Position numbers and translations under genes: made by a program. Below the pieces are notes generated by a model that saw only the letters and a program-made list of their open reading frames with translations, was not told where the DNA came from and made no database searches. Of a stretch of DNA of 64,000 nucleotides, positions 1 through 13,100 are shown piece by piece. This DNA is from Thalia democratica (taxonomy: Eukaryota), in contig OZ241827.1 of assembly GCA_965202585.1 (NCBI GenBank), forward strand, positions 20,460,001 through 20,524,000, read 5' to 3'. Position 1 is the first letter of the stretch, and each line of letters starts with the position of its first letter.

Positions 1-1624
1 TTTGGATGTTTTAATTATTATGGTTTCTCACACATTGATAACCTAAGTTCAAAAAATATTAAATTAAGTATTGTCAGATATAAAAAACCTTTTATTAAAA
101 GCTTTATTTATGCTTTAAAAACTTAATTTTACTACAGATTTTGGATAAAACGGCAACTGTGCTCCCTTTCACGTTTAACTAATTAGTTTTAATGGTGCTA
201 AAAATCCTCGGAGCTGCAACAAGATATTTTGGCGTAAAAAATCTCAACTGTACTTAAAAGTAAAGTTTTGTATGATTCTTTCAAGCTTATAGTAATTAGC
301 AAATTAAAAAAAGAAAAAAATAATTCTTTTAATTCTAATTTTAGTGATTGCTGTACATATCTTATTCTACGTTGAAAATTAAACGTATTTTTACTAAGTT
401 TTTTAGCAGTTATGATAAAATTTAATTGATATAAACACTTAATAAGTATTTAATATATAAAACTCAGCTTACTTATTTTTGTTTAGTAATATTTTTTTAT
501 TAAAAAATTTCAAGCATAATTCTGTCGTTGCACCTACAAAACTAATTGTTACCTTTTATTGTTTCGTGTATTCAATTCTTTTAAAAAAGTTTAAATTAAA
601 CTATAAATTTTTATTTATAAAACTTAAATTGTTTAAAAAACCTTTTATAACACTAACGATAAATACTTACTTTAAACACTTTTGTGAACATATAATAAGT
701 AGTAAACGTTTTGCATTGGTAGAGAAAAGTTTTAATTAACAATTAGAATATTATACATAATTGTAAAAAAAAAAAAACATTTAACACTTTTAATTTAGGT
801 TTTGAATTAGTAATCGTTAAAAACTATAAAGTTTAAAAAATTAATCTGTGTATATAAAAACTTCTTTTAGTTTATAGTATATTAACAAAAATTCTACAGA
901 AATGAAACAAAATAGGTATTTATCTTTTAAAGTAACAACAAAAATTAATGATCAATCTATGAAATTACACTAAAGCTTCGATCATGTAACATACAATAAT
1001 ATAGACAAAAATAAACATTTGTTTCTTTTTACTGTAAATCACTTACCTAAAAAACATCCGATAAAACTTTAGAACAGCGTAGTAATATTTTTACCAAAAA
1101 TGTTATTTGATTTTTTCAACGTAATCTTTAAGTCTTAGTTATAATAATTAAACTTTTTCAAACTTAAGTACAAACTACTAATCTGAGATAACTCGATGTT
1201 ACGCCGCATCCTTATAAAGTCATCTCGGATCGTCACATCTTATTAATAGGGTAGGTGTAACAGCAGCACAGCATCACTTTAGCACGTAGTGTAACTTTTG
1301 CATGCAATTTAACTTTGCACGATCGATACTTTTTAGTTAATAAGTTGAATAAATGTAAATAAAAATAGCAAGTTTAGAAAATAAGAAAAAAACTTATCTT
1401 TTTCTGGTAAAACTATACGTATTTAAAGGAACATAAATGTTACAAACAACGTATAAAATAACAAAACAACAATTGATTCGTGTACTTTATTATTGATAAC
1501 AACCTGATAATTGTAGTGCAAAAACGTAATTTTGAAAAGATCAAATTCTGACTCCTGTCACCGACCGAAATGACGTTAATGCTTCAAATAGATGATTATT
1601 ATAGTTTTCAAAACATTAAGAAGT

Positions 1625-1883
1625 TTACAACTATCACATCACAGTAATGAGAAGCTACAACTATCACATCACAATAGTGAAGATCTGCAACTATCACATC
1701 ACAGTAGTGAGGAGCTACAACTATCACATTACAGAAGTGAGGATCTGCAACTATCACATCACAGTTGTGAGGAGCTACAACTATCTCAACACAGTAGTGA
1801 GGAGCTACAACTGTCACATCACAGTAGTGATGAGTTTACAAGTATGACGTCACAATAGTGAAGAGTTACAACTACAACATAAC
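1625..1883 (+). repeat. 30-bp minisatellite array (~8 units), consensus tacaactatcacatcacagtagtgaggagc
   Basis: Tandem units read directly. They explain the repetitive ORFs LQLSHHSSEE / YNYHITVVRS / VIVVAPHYCD in the ORF track. Confidence 0.97.
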
Positions 1884-2480
1884 ATTTTTTTTTTAAGAAA
1901 TATACCTTTGAAGCAACTCTAGAAAAGACTCAGTTCTTTCTTGAGGTGTTTTACATTACATATGTATCTCCTAAAACGATTGTAAATAAACAAAATAAGT
2001 TTAGTGAACACCAAAAAAAATTAAAAAATGAGCTAAACTAAACCTGTTTTAATCAACAGAAAACTTATAAACAAGGACTTGCTGTGACAAAATAACAACT
2101 GCTTTGCGTACTTTTATTTATTATAACGACCTAATGACCAACTAAATGGCGAAAAAGTTTTTCTAACACTAGGTAATATCCTAGCTACTGTCACCAACAA
2201 AAATGACATTAATGCTTTAAGAGAGATTCTTGATCACAGTTGTCCCAAACATTACAAAGTCTGCAAAACACTTTTCGAAACACTAAAAAGTTTACAACTA
2301 TCATATCACAGTAGTGAAGAGCTACAACTACCACATCACAGTTGTTTTGAAAAGTGAGCGATAATCCTTTGAAGAAGCTCTATATAAGACTCAGGGATTT
2401 CTTTAGTTGTCTAAAATTATCAAATGTTTTTCCTAAATTCATGTTTTTACAACATTAAAAAATTTGTTAATAGTGCCATG

Positions 2481-5376
2481 CAGGGACGTAGCTAGCTCTA
2501 AAAAATTACGAGTCTGCAAAAAAATCAATAATAATGTGTGATGACGTCATAACGGGAATAGAGTAGTTTTAACTACCTTTAATTTTATATGAAAGAGTGC
2601 AGTTTTGTTAAAAGTTTAAAAGTAAATAGAATGTTGAAGTATAATGAATCACTGAATACAAGGCAAGTTGTACTGCTTTGACCCCTATAATTCTTTATGT
2701 GTTGAAACTTTTATGAGCCTATAAAACCTTTCATTTAAAATAAAAATATTAATTAAGAATTTAACTTTAATAGTTTTACTGATAGGTCTAAAATATATAA
2801 CTTTGAAAACAGTTTCCCCACTTCAGAAAATATTTGCGAAAATTGTTGCTTTTATTGAAATAAAAATCATAAATTTTAGAGTTGAATAAAAAACAAAAAG
2901 GATATAAAATAAAAAGTTAAAACATTAGATAAAATTCAGATATACAATTACTTTATTTTGTCAAAAATAATTCATAAAGAAAGGAAGAGTACAAGTCTTT
3001 GTAAATGTTATTACTACCTTTGGTAGCATAAAGATTTAAGCTGTAAATAAGAATAAAACATTTTCTTATTAAAAAAAATTGTTAAATAAAAGCTGTAAAA
3101 CAGAATTAAACTTTTTTTTACCAAACAAACATGTTAAATAAAACAACTTAGTTAAATAACAACAAACCTTGAATGTTAAACATTAATATTTTTCAGATAC
3201 AATGTGAAACATATAAATAAATTCAAACATAAAGATTTTTAAACATAAAATATATTAGTTTTTTTTTAACTTGTTATTAGTTTACAATACAACTATACAA
3301 TTATTAAAATAAATAGTACTAACTTATTGATTTTAATCTTAGATTGAAAAGGTTATATAAAACTTATTTTAAAACTATAAAACTTACTTTTATCATTTAT
3401 CAAATATAGATTAAAGAATTAAACTGATATATTTTTTTAAATTACTAAACCACTTTAAAATTTATAAACTTATTTTAAAACAACAAATACAATCCATATT
3501 CTTAATACATTTAATGAAAATATAAAATACAAAAATCTTTATATTGTAAATAACAATGCTTGTAGAAAAATAAAATTTACAGTAATATTTAAAAACAAGT
3601 TGAAACAAACTTTATATTTTACATAGTTGTCTGATGACATCATTCAAAGAGCTTTTTCTTGAAGTACTTATCTGGAACTCATTGTAACAAACTGAACTTC
3701 AGATTGATTGACTTTGTTAATAGCTTTGAGTGTCAATGGTATCAAGTGGATGATTTTACTTTCAAATGATATTTGCATAATTTTAACCTTAGAAAACTTA
3801 ACTTTTAAACTTAGTTTTAAAAATCTGTTAAACAACTAAATTTGTTAAATTCCACACATAGTGTACCAAGTTTACAGTAGTAATACAAATAAAACTCAAA
3901 AACAATTTTCAAAATGTAAAGCTAACTAGAAAATACAAATTTACTAACTTAATTTTTTGTAATTTTGTAAACTACTTAAAAATTGTTAATATAAAGATGA
4001 AAAAAACAGAGATAATGAAAAACCTTTGAAAGTTGGGAATAAAACCAAAAACTCTGAAAAAATCTTCATATAATAAAACAATATGCATAGAAAACAAACT
4101 CATTGTAAACAAATAATATAACAATACAAGTAAAATAGGTATTAACAACAGCTCTACCCTATGACCAACAACAATTCCTGGATTTTATTTTTGAATTTTT
4201 CTTCTTATTTTTTGAAATGAGACTAACTTTTCAAATATATCAATGTTTTTTTTACAAAATTGGTAATAAAATAAAAATTTATTAAAACTAGCTAGCAAAA
4301 TCTCATTCAAATCTAGAAAAACATTTGTTATGCAAACCTAAAATGTCTTTAATTTTTTATTGATAAAAAAAATTATACTGAGTCAGCCTGAGTTCAAAAA
4401 AAAAACTCTAAATATCCTAGAGTTATCTAGAATACTTTGAGTGTGTGGCTAAAATGTACAATTTAAATCTTTTAACTTTGCTAAAAAATGCAATAAAAAC
4501 TTTAACTAAGGTAAGCATTTATAAAATCTTTAAAACCAGTTTTAATTAAAAAATAAAGTTCTAAAATACAATAAAAAAACCATAGTCTTTTAATTAATCT
4601 TGAAAAATAAAAACTTTAACTTACTAAACATTTAAAAAATCTTTAAAACAAGTTTTAATTAAAAAATAATAATTTGTTTATATTTTTCTTAAAAAATGTT
4701 TATATTATTGAGTTTTTAAATTTTTCTTCTTATTGCAAGCTATTTGTCTTATTGTGTTATTTTTTCTGATTTAATAGATTCTAATCTTCTTGATAAAACT
4801 TCAGGAAATCATGATATTATTACTGTTTCAAAAGTTTTTCATTTTTGTATATTTGTCAACCACAGGGATTTAATCTTAAAACATTCAACTCAGATAGTCA
4901 ATTTGATTTAAAACAAAAGTTAATTCTTCATGTTACTTTACTTTGAGGTTCATCTATTCTAAAATTTATCTTTTTATATATCTTCTATCTGTATTTGTTC
5001 TTCTGTAAGACAAAAAAAAGTAAATTTAAACACTTTTACTTTTTTTTATTCCCTCACATCATTTAAACCAAATAAATTTACAGCCTCGAAATGGATTTTT
5101 TTACAATAGTTTGCTATGTGATAATAGATTTTTACACGAAGCTATTTGTATACAATTTAGATGTATTCAATTTGTTCAGTATTTACGACACTAAAAGCGC
5201 TAGAGAATCCGTAAAAATAAAATCATTTCTCAGGAGTGCAAAACTAAGTATAAACGATTACTTGAAGCTAAAGAAACAAGGTCTTAAAAGCTGAATAATC
5301 GAGAGAACAGCAAGTTTTTTCGCACAAATGTTTAGGTTTCTGTAGATTTGCAGAAACGTACCAAGCTACGTGCCTG
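2481..5376. mobile_element. Non-autonomous or decayed hAT-superfamily DNA transposon (~2.9 kb) inserted in a macro-satellite unit
   Basis: Left end cagggacgtagctag (2481). Right end caagctacgtgcctg (ends 5376), a 13/15 inverted match. Flanks gtgccatg (2473-2480) and gtgccaag (5377-5384) form an 8-bp TSD with 1 mismatch, and 8-bp TSDs are diagnostic of hAT. Removing the element restores the unit consensus ttgttaatagt...aagtatacttttaaaatga. No intact transposase ORF. Confidence 0.85.
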
Positions 5377-5800
5377 GTGCCAAGTATACTTTTAAAATGA
5401 GAATTAACTACTTTTAAAAAAATGAGTCAATTTAAGTGGAAAAATTTAACTTATTGCGCTGTATTTATAACTGTACTTATTTATCTGTATAAAAATTACT
5501 GAAGTTATAACACAAAATGTTGTATAAAAAAAATAAAAAAAATGTTTAAGAAAAAAAAAAATCTCAAAATTTTGTTGAAACTAAACGTTATTTAATCAAC
5601 ATAAAAATTATAAATAACGTGTACAATAACAGAATAACATTTGATTCATAGACTTTAAGTATTTATAAAAACTTGATAACCAACTGTAATCCAAAAACGT
5701 AATTAAAAAAAAAGGGTAATTTCTGACTCCTGTCACCCTCTAAAAGGATAATGACGCTTATTAGAGATACTTTATCATAGTTTCAAAAACAATAAAAAGT

Positions 5801-6025
5801 TTACAACTATCACAACATAGTAGTGAGTAGCTACAACTATCACATCACAGTAGTAAGGAGCTACAACTATCACATCACAGTAGTGAGGAGCTACAACTAT
5901 CACATCACAGTAGTGAGGAGCTACAACTATAACATCACAGTTGTTGGGAGCTACAACTATCACATCACAGTTGTGAGGAGTTTACAACTATCACTTCACA
6001 GTAGTGAGGAGTTTCAACTATGCAC
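5801..6025 (+). repeat. 30-bp minisatellite array (~7 units)
   Basis: Tandem tacaactatcacatcacagtagtgaggagc units. Confidence 0.95.
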
Positions 6026-8094
6026 CTCCTAAATTTAATTTCTTTACTACATGAAAAATTTGTTAAAACTACTAAATATACTTTTAAGAAGATAATTAAC
6101 TGCCTTTAAAAGTGTGTCATTTAAAGTAGAAATGTTTAAGTTAACGAGCTGTATTTCTAACCGAATTTATTTGTATACAAATTACTAAAGTTTCAACACA
6201 AAATATGATATAAATATAAACATAAATAAACAAAAAACAAGTTTAGAAAGTTAGGAAAAAACCTGAAAAACTGTGTTAAAATTAAACGTCTTTCAATTAA
6301 CAAAAGTTTTATAGGTATTGTAACAGTAACAAAATAACAATTGTATTATGTACTTTAATTGTTTGTAAAAACCTAATAAACATTTATAATACAAATAAAT
6401 ATTTAAAAAAAGGTTAAATTCTGACTTCTTTAACGAACCAAAAGGAATTTGAAGCTTTAAAAGAATGGCTTTATCATAGTGGCAAAATTATTAAAAAGTC
6501 TACAACTAATACATTAGAATAGTAAGGAGCTTTAACTATCACATAACAGTAGTGAAGAGTTTACAACTATCACATCACAGTAGTGAGGAGTTTACAACTA
6601 TTACATCACAGTAGTGAACAGTTACAACTATAACATCACAGTTGTTTTAAAACTTAAATAAATAAACTTTCAAGCAACTGTTTATTAGACACATCACTTT
6701 CTTTAGTTGTCTTAGGTTAACAAATATATCTCCTAAATTAATTTTATTTTTACACCATGTAAAAAATTGTTAGTAGTAACAAGTATAGTTTTAAAATGAT
6801 AATTAATTACCTTCAAAAATTTTATCAATTTTAATATTACTTTAATACTAACTGTATTAATTTATATGTTTAAAAAATACTAAAGTTTCGACACAAAATA
6901 TGATACAAATATAAATGTAAATTTACAAGTTAAAAAAAAGAGGTAAGAAAATGTGCTTAAATTACACTTATTTAATTAACATAAAGGTTGTAAACAATAC
7001 ATACGGTAACTAAATAACAGTTGATTCATGTACTTAAACTATTTATAACAACGTGATATCCAACTGTAATGTATATAGATAATTTATTAAAAGCTTAAAT
7101 TTTGACAATTTCACTAACCAAAAGGACATTGACGCTTTAAAATTGATGCTTTATCATTGTTACAAAAACAATAAAAAGTTTACAACTAACACATTAGAGT
7201 TTTAAGAAGCTACAACTCTCATATCACTGTAGTGAAGAGTTTACCAATATCACATCACAGTTGTTTTAAAAACAAAGAAATAAACCTTTGAAGCGACTCT
7301 ATATATGATTAGCATTTTCTTCAGTTGTCTAACGTTAACATATGTATCTCCTACATTTAATGTATTTTCAACATGCAAAAATTTGTTAATAGTACGAAGT
7401 ATACTTTTAAAATGATAACTAACTACGTTTAAATAATATGTCAATTTAAGTAGAAATGTATAAGTAACCGAGCTGTATTTCTAACTGTATTTGTTCATCC
7501 GTATAATGTTACTAACGTTTTAACACAAACTATGATATAAATGAAAATTAAAATAACAAGTTTAGAAAAAACCTAAAAAGCTGTGTTAAAGCTAAGCGTG
7601 TTTAAATTAATATAACGTTTTAAATAATGTATACAGTAACAAAAAAACAATTGATTCATCTATTTTAACTATTTATAAAACCTTATACCCAACTGTAATG
7701 CAAAATAGTAATTTATAAAAAGGTTTAACTTTTACTTCGGTCTTCAACTAAAAGAACATTGACGTTTTAAAAGAAATGGTTTATCATAGTTTTAAAAATA
7801 TTAAAAGTTTACAACTATAACATGTTTGAAATCAACCTTTGAAGCATCTTTATAAAAGACTCAGTACATTTTCAATTTGTCTTATGTTTTTGTATATATC
7901 TCCTAGAACAAAAGTAATTGAATAAAATAGGTTAGGTCAATAAAAAAAAAAAGCTTGTGTAAAAACTAAACCTATTTTGATCATGAGAAAACTTGTAAAC
8001 AATGCCTTGCTGTACTTTGTTTTTAAAGTTTACATGTTGCATACATCGTTTTTATATGTTTAAACAGCTATCAATATAATAAAACCAATAATAA

Positions 8095-8585
8095 AAAGTA
8101 CCTAATAACAAGAGCAAAAAATGCAAAAATTGTGCGTTATGCGGAAAATACAGTAAATATAAAAACATGATTGATGAGAATAACTACATAAAAACAGTTG
8201 AAAACAGAACAATAAACATAAAATCAAAATTAAACTGTAAAAGTTACGGGATATATTCTGCTCAGTGTACAAAATGCAAGGAGATTTATGTAGGACAGAC
8301 TAAAAACGGTTTTTACGTAAGATGGAATGCACACAGAAACAATTGGAAAAGTTCCAAAGAAATTTTAACTTTGTTTGTAAAGGAGACGAATCTGCATTAT
8401 TTAAACACTACTTTGAGAATCATCATAGTGATATTGAGAATATGGGATTGGATAATGCCTACAAGATAATGTTTTTAGAACAACCAGAATTTAAAAACTT
8501 GGACTACAAAGAAAGTTTATGGATAAAAAGTTTAAATGCAAAAATTAACGTAAATAAAACAGTTTATGAAGATTTAATAATTTAG
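8095..8585 (+). pseudogene. Penelope-like retroelement GIY-YIG endonuclease domain, 5'-truncated and frameshifted
   Basis: The frame of ORF 8167-8469 gives CKNCALC (8122-8142) then NCKSYGIYSAQCTKCKEIYVGQTKNGFYVRWNAHR, i.e. a Cys motif plus GIY...YVG...R..H. The C-terminal half (SALFKHY..H..LEQ..LDYKESLWIKSLNAKIN) continues in ORF 8322-8585, so there is a frameshift near 8350-8370. This Cys-GIY-YIG layout is characteristic of Penelope-like elements. No RT remains. Confidence 0.88.
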
Positions 8586-8844
8586 AACTTGTTATTTTAG
8601 GATGTTTAAGAAAAGAGCATTTTTGTACATTGTGTTTTGGCTTGTTTACTTGTATGCATTTATGAGTTGTTAGTTAGTAGAATCTTAGTTGTTTAAAAAA
8701 TTTTTGTATGAAATTAATTGTTTGATAATATAAAATGTTTATAAATTTATATAGCCTAAAAATTTAAGTTTTAACTTTTATTTAATTTTGTTTTCTTTAT
8801 AAATTAGTTACTATTAATTGTGTTTTATATTTTCAGCCGTTTAT

Positions 8845-8880
8845 CGCTTGATAAAGTTTTAATAAACGAAAGTACTAGCG
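8845..8880 (+). ncRNA. Minimal type I hammerhead ribozyme in the 3' region of the Penelope-like remnant
   Basis: Sequence cgc-ttgataa-a-gttt(taat)aaac-gaaa-gtact-a-gcg. Stem I CGC/GCG, core U3UGAUA8A (U3:A8 covariant of CUGANGA), stem II GUUU/AAAC, GAAA, palindromic stem III AGUACU, cleavage triplet CUA after 8877. It lies 260 bp downstream of the GIY-YIG stop, where PLE hammerheads are expected. Confidence 0.72.
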
Positions 8881-9451
8881 TGAATTCAAAAGCGTGTTAT
8901 TTGTTCATTTTTAAGACAGTGGAAGCAATATTGTACTCTTTACAATAATTTTGTTATATAATAAAATCAAGTATATTTTCCAAAAAAAAGACTAACTTTA
9001 ATATGTAGTAGGAGTGGAAAGATTTTATATTTTTAGACTGTGTTTTAACTGTACAAACTTTTTTGTATAAAAATAACTAAAGTTTTAACACAAAACAAGA
9101 CTTCAAACAATTGATCACAGTTGTCCAGCGTTTTTACAGAGTCTCTATTATCACGTCTAAGTTTTCTGCAAGTTTACAAAGTATACATAATCACATAGCA
9201 GTTTTTCACAACATTACAATGTCTAGAACTATAAGTGTTAAAGCTAAACTTATATTAATAAACAGAACAATTATAAAAAATAACTTGCTGTAAAAAACAA
9301 CAATTATTAATTTTTTTATGCCAGTCTGTTGAAAAAATGTAAACGAAAAGTTATTTAAAAAAGAGGTTAACTTTTGACTCCTGTCACCAAATAAATTTAT
9401 ATTGACGCTTTAAAAGAGATGCTTATCATAGTTTACAAAACATCAAATACT

Positions 9452-9718
9452 TTACAACTATCACATCACAGCTGTGACGAGCTAAAACTACTACATCACA
9501 GTAGTTAAGAGCAACAACTATCACAGTAGTAAAAAACTTACAACTATCACATCACAGTAGTGAATAGCTTTACAACTATCAAATCACAGTTGTGAGGAGC
9601 TACAACTATCACATCACAGTAGTGAGGAGATTTACAACTATAACATCACAGTAGTGACTAGTTTACAACTATAACATCACAGTAGTGAGGATTTTACAAC
9701 TATAACATCACAGTAGTT
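9452..9718 (+). repeat. 30/31-bp minisatellite array (~9 units)
   Basis: Tandem units read directly. Confidence 0.95.
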
Positions 9719-9892
9719 TTAAGACTTAAGAAATGAACATTTGAAGTAGCTCTATAAAAGACTCAGTACTTCCTTGAGTTGTCTTATGTTAATAAATGTA
9801 TCTCCTAAAATTTTAGACAGTAGATAAAAATAAGTTTGTAAATAAAAAAAAGACTCAGAAAAATTAAACCTTTTTTAATTAATAGAAAACAT

Positions 9893-10110
9893 ATTATTAT
9901 TATATTGTTTATTGTGCAATGTTGGACTCAGGCATCAAAACCTGAGCCACTTAAACAGGACACACAAAAAGAGAAAAAGAAAATAAACTTATATTCAAAA
10001 CTTTAAAATAAATTATATATATATATATACAAACATAATTTAAATGAAAACACAAAGTTAAACACAATATGATAAACAAATGAACTAAATTGAAAACAAT
10101 ATAAACAATA
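9893..10110 (-). mobile_element. 5'-truncated non-LTR retroelement (LINE/SINE-like) 3' end
   Basis: This ~220 bp is absent from the inverted sister copy (14930-14990 joins its flanks directly). The minus strand reads the hairpin ctcagg-ttttgatg-cctgag, then AATAAA and an (AAT)n tail. Boundaries are approximate and there is no exact TSD. Confidence 0.55.
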
Positions 10111-13100
10111 TATAAACAATAACTTGCTACAACAAAATAACAACTGCTTTCTGACTTTATTTCTTATAACGATCTAATGACCAACTGTATGGTAAAAAAG
10201 TTTAAAATAAAAAGATCAAATCCTAGCTACTGTCACCAACCAAAATGACGTAAACACTTTTTTTTGATCAAAGTTGTCCCAAACATTACGTAGTCTTCAA
10301 CTCACACATCACAGTTGCCTACAGTTATCTGCATCATTGTAGAGCTAGATCTATCTCATCATAATTTTTATTAACTTAAGAAATCAATCATTGACGCAGC
10401 TATATAAACTACTTAACACTTTCTTGAGTTGTCTAACGTTTTCACATGTATCTCTTTAATGTGGTTGATCTTGGGCGGTTTAAAAGTACCGTTTAATAAG
10501 TAAGACTCTCAGCCCTATTTTCAATTGTTTTCATCTTCGTTCGACAAGAAACTACAAACTTTTTTTTCGAACTCTTTTCTTCTAAAAATTTTATTAAACA
10601 CTTCATAAATTTTCTGACAATTTCCAATATATAGTTTTTACAACTATTACATCACAGTAGTCAGAAGTTTACAATTATCAAATCACAATAGTTTAAAAAT
10701 TTAAGAAGTAAACCTTTTATACATAGTGTATTTGCTTCAATAATTCAACTTCATAATTGAAAGTATCGTTTGAAAACCAAGACTCTCAGCCCTATTTTCC
10801 AATAATTTTTATTATGTGCGACAAGAAATAATAAGAATATGTTTTATCGATCTCTTTTCTTCTAATTTTTTTTAATTAAAAACTTCATAAATTTTCTTGC
10901 AATCTCCGAAATAGATAAAAAAAAAATTATAGTTTAATTATGTTAAAAAACTAAATTATAACTTAATAAAAAAATAAATTTGCTGTTAAGGAGTCAAATG
11001 CGAGGTGAAAAAAAAAACAAATGTTAAATCCTGTCACCAACCGAGAGGACTTTTAAGCTTTGAATGAAATGATCGATCATTGTTGTTCGCAACAGTACTA
11101 AGTCTACAACTATCTCATCATAGTTGTCTGTAACATTAAGGTTGAAATTGTTTTAAAGTTGAAGAAATCTATAAAATACTTTTTTTAGGTGCGTCATGTT
11201 TACTAATATATGCGGTCGATCTTAGCAAGTTTGAAACTACCGTGGAAATCAAAGAATTCCACTAATATTTTCTAATAACTTTCATCTTCGTGCCATAAGA
11301 AAAAATAAACTTATGCTTTATCGATTTTTTTTGTTCTATAATTTAACTAAACACTTAACAAATTTTCCGGAATTCTACACTATAAAGTTTAAAAAAAATC
11401 AAGTTGTAAAAACAGTTTAATTGGTATGGAAAACCTTAATTTATACTCAAATATAAACTCTAATCATAGTTAATTTTTTTATCAAAACTAAACGAAAATA
11501 CCAATTTTTCTTCATGCCGTCTTGAACATATAACCACTATCTGTATGATCAAAAGTTAAAATTTGAAAATTCTTCAAAATTTAGCATATGCAAGTTATTA
11601 AGCGAACTGTTTGGCCTACTACTTGGTGTTCTAGTAGGCCAAGCAGCGGCACATAAGTCATAACGTCACTAATACAAATTAACAAACGGTGACATAAAAA
11701 CAAGTATTAATAAAGAGACTAGTTAGCTTAACAAACATTCTTTGAGAAAAAGGGTTAGTGAAAACTACAAGTAAGTAAGTTCTTTATTATTACTTTATCA
11801 CTCTCCTTTAAGTTTCACATTCTCTGTGCTGATTTATTTTTGAATATAAAGAATCAAATTACTTAAAGGATAGATACAATAATTAATACAAGTTGACTAT
11901 ATATGTTCATTCCATAAAAAAAAAATAAAGAAAATCAACCTTTGACGCAACTTTATAAAATACTCAGAACTCTGTGAATTGTCTTACTTTACTTTTTTCC
12001 TAATAAATTAAATATCTTTAATTCTTGCAAAATTTTGTTAATAGATCTAAGTATGAATGTAAAACTATAAATAAAAACATGTGTCGATTAAAATGATAAT
12101 CTTACCATTATTAAACTGCATTTGTAAATGTATTTATGTTTTTATTACACTTACGATGGTTTTAACATTAAATGAGATATAAAACAATTATAAGTAAATA
12201 TGAGTTTATTACATAAGAAATAAAAAAAACTTAACAGTTAGGTTAAAACTAAACGTAAATCACTTAACACAAATACTATAAACAATATAAACAATTACTT
12301 CTTGTAACAAAATAACAACTGTTTCGTGTTCTTTTATATCCAATAATGACCTGATGACAAACTGTAGGGCGAATATTTAAAAGAAAAAAATTCACAACCA
12401 AAGACGCCGTATTCGCTTTGAAAGAGATGACTTAAAGTTGCCTGCAACACTACAAAGTCTCTAACTATCACATCACAAATGTTTGCAACTTTACAGAGTC
12501 TAAATCTTTTTAAACTATAATTTTTTGTAATATTAAAAGTTATACGAATTTTACATCGTAGTTGTTTTAACCTTTAAGAAATCAGTCTTTGTATCAACTT
12601 TATAAAATACTCAGAACTTTCAGGAGTTTTTTATCTTTACAAATGCATCTTTTAATACGACCGATGTTGGCAAAATTGAATGTATCTTCGGAAAGCCAAG
12701 TCTACCAGTAACAAATATTAATAGTTTTCATCTTCGAGCAACAAGAAATAACAAACTTATATATTTTTAAACTTTTTTCATCTAGAAACAAGTTTAAAGA
12801 GATACACATAAACCTATAATAGTTTATTTAAATTCGACGTCGTTTCGACTTTACCTAAGTCATTATCAAACATAAAACTGTATGTTATTTTAACTATAAT
12901 TAGTGCTAAAACTAGATATATTAGGTTAACAAACTAACACAATGTATAAATTTTTACAATACGGTAAAATACAACATTAATAATAATATTTGAGTAACTG
13001 ATCGTTTACAAAATTCTTAATGTGTTGGTAAAACCCGGTTTAGTTAATTGCTTGTTTAAAATTCGGCTATAACGTTTAATTATAACTGCTTCATTATCAA

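Noticed and set aside
1625-1883. cacagta(gtg) in each 30-mer resembles the RAG/Transib heptamer CACAGTG
   Set aside because: There is one mismatch and no nonamer at 12- or 23-bp spacing; it is explained by the satellite's internal dyad.
4715-4840. Many in-frame TAA/TAG codons that would read well as Gln (ciliate-type code)
   Set aside because: The intact genes in the window use the standard code with TAA/TGA stops. C>T decay in a dead element is sufficient to explain it.
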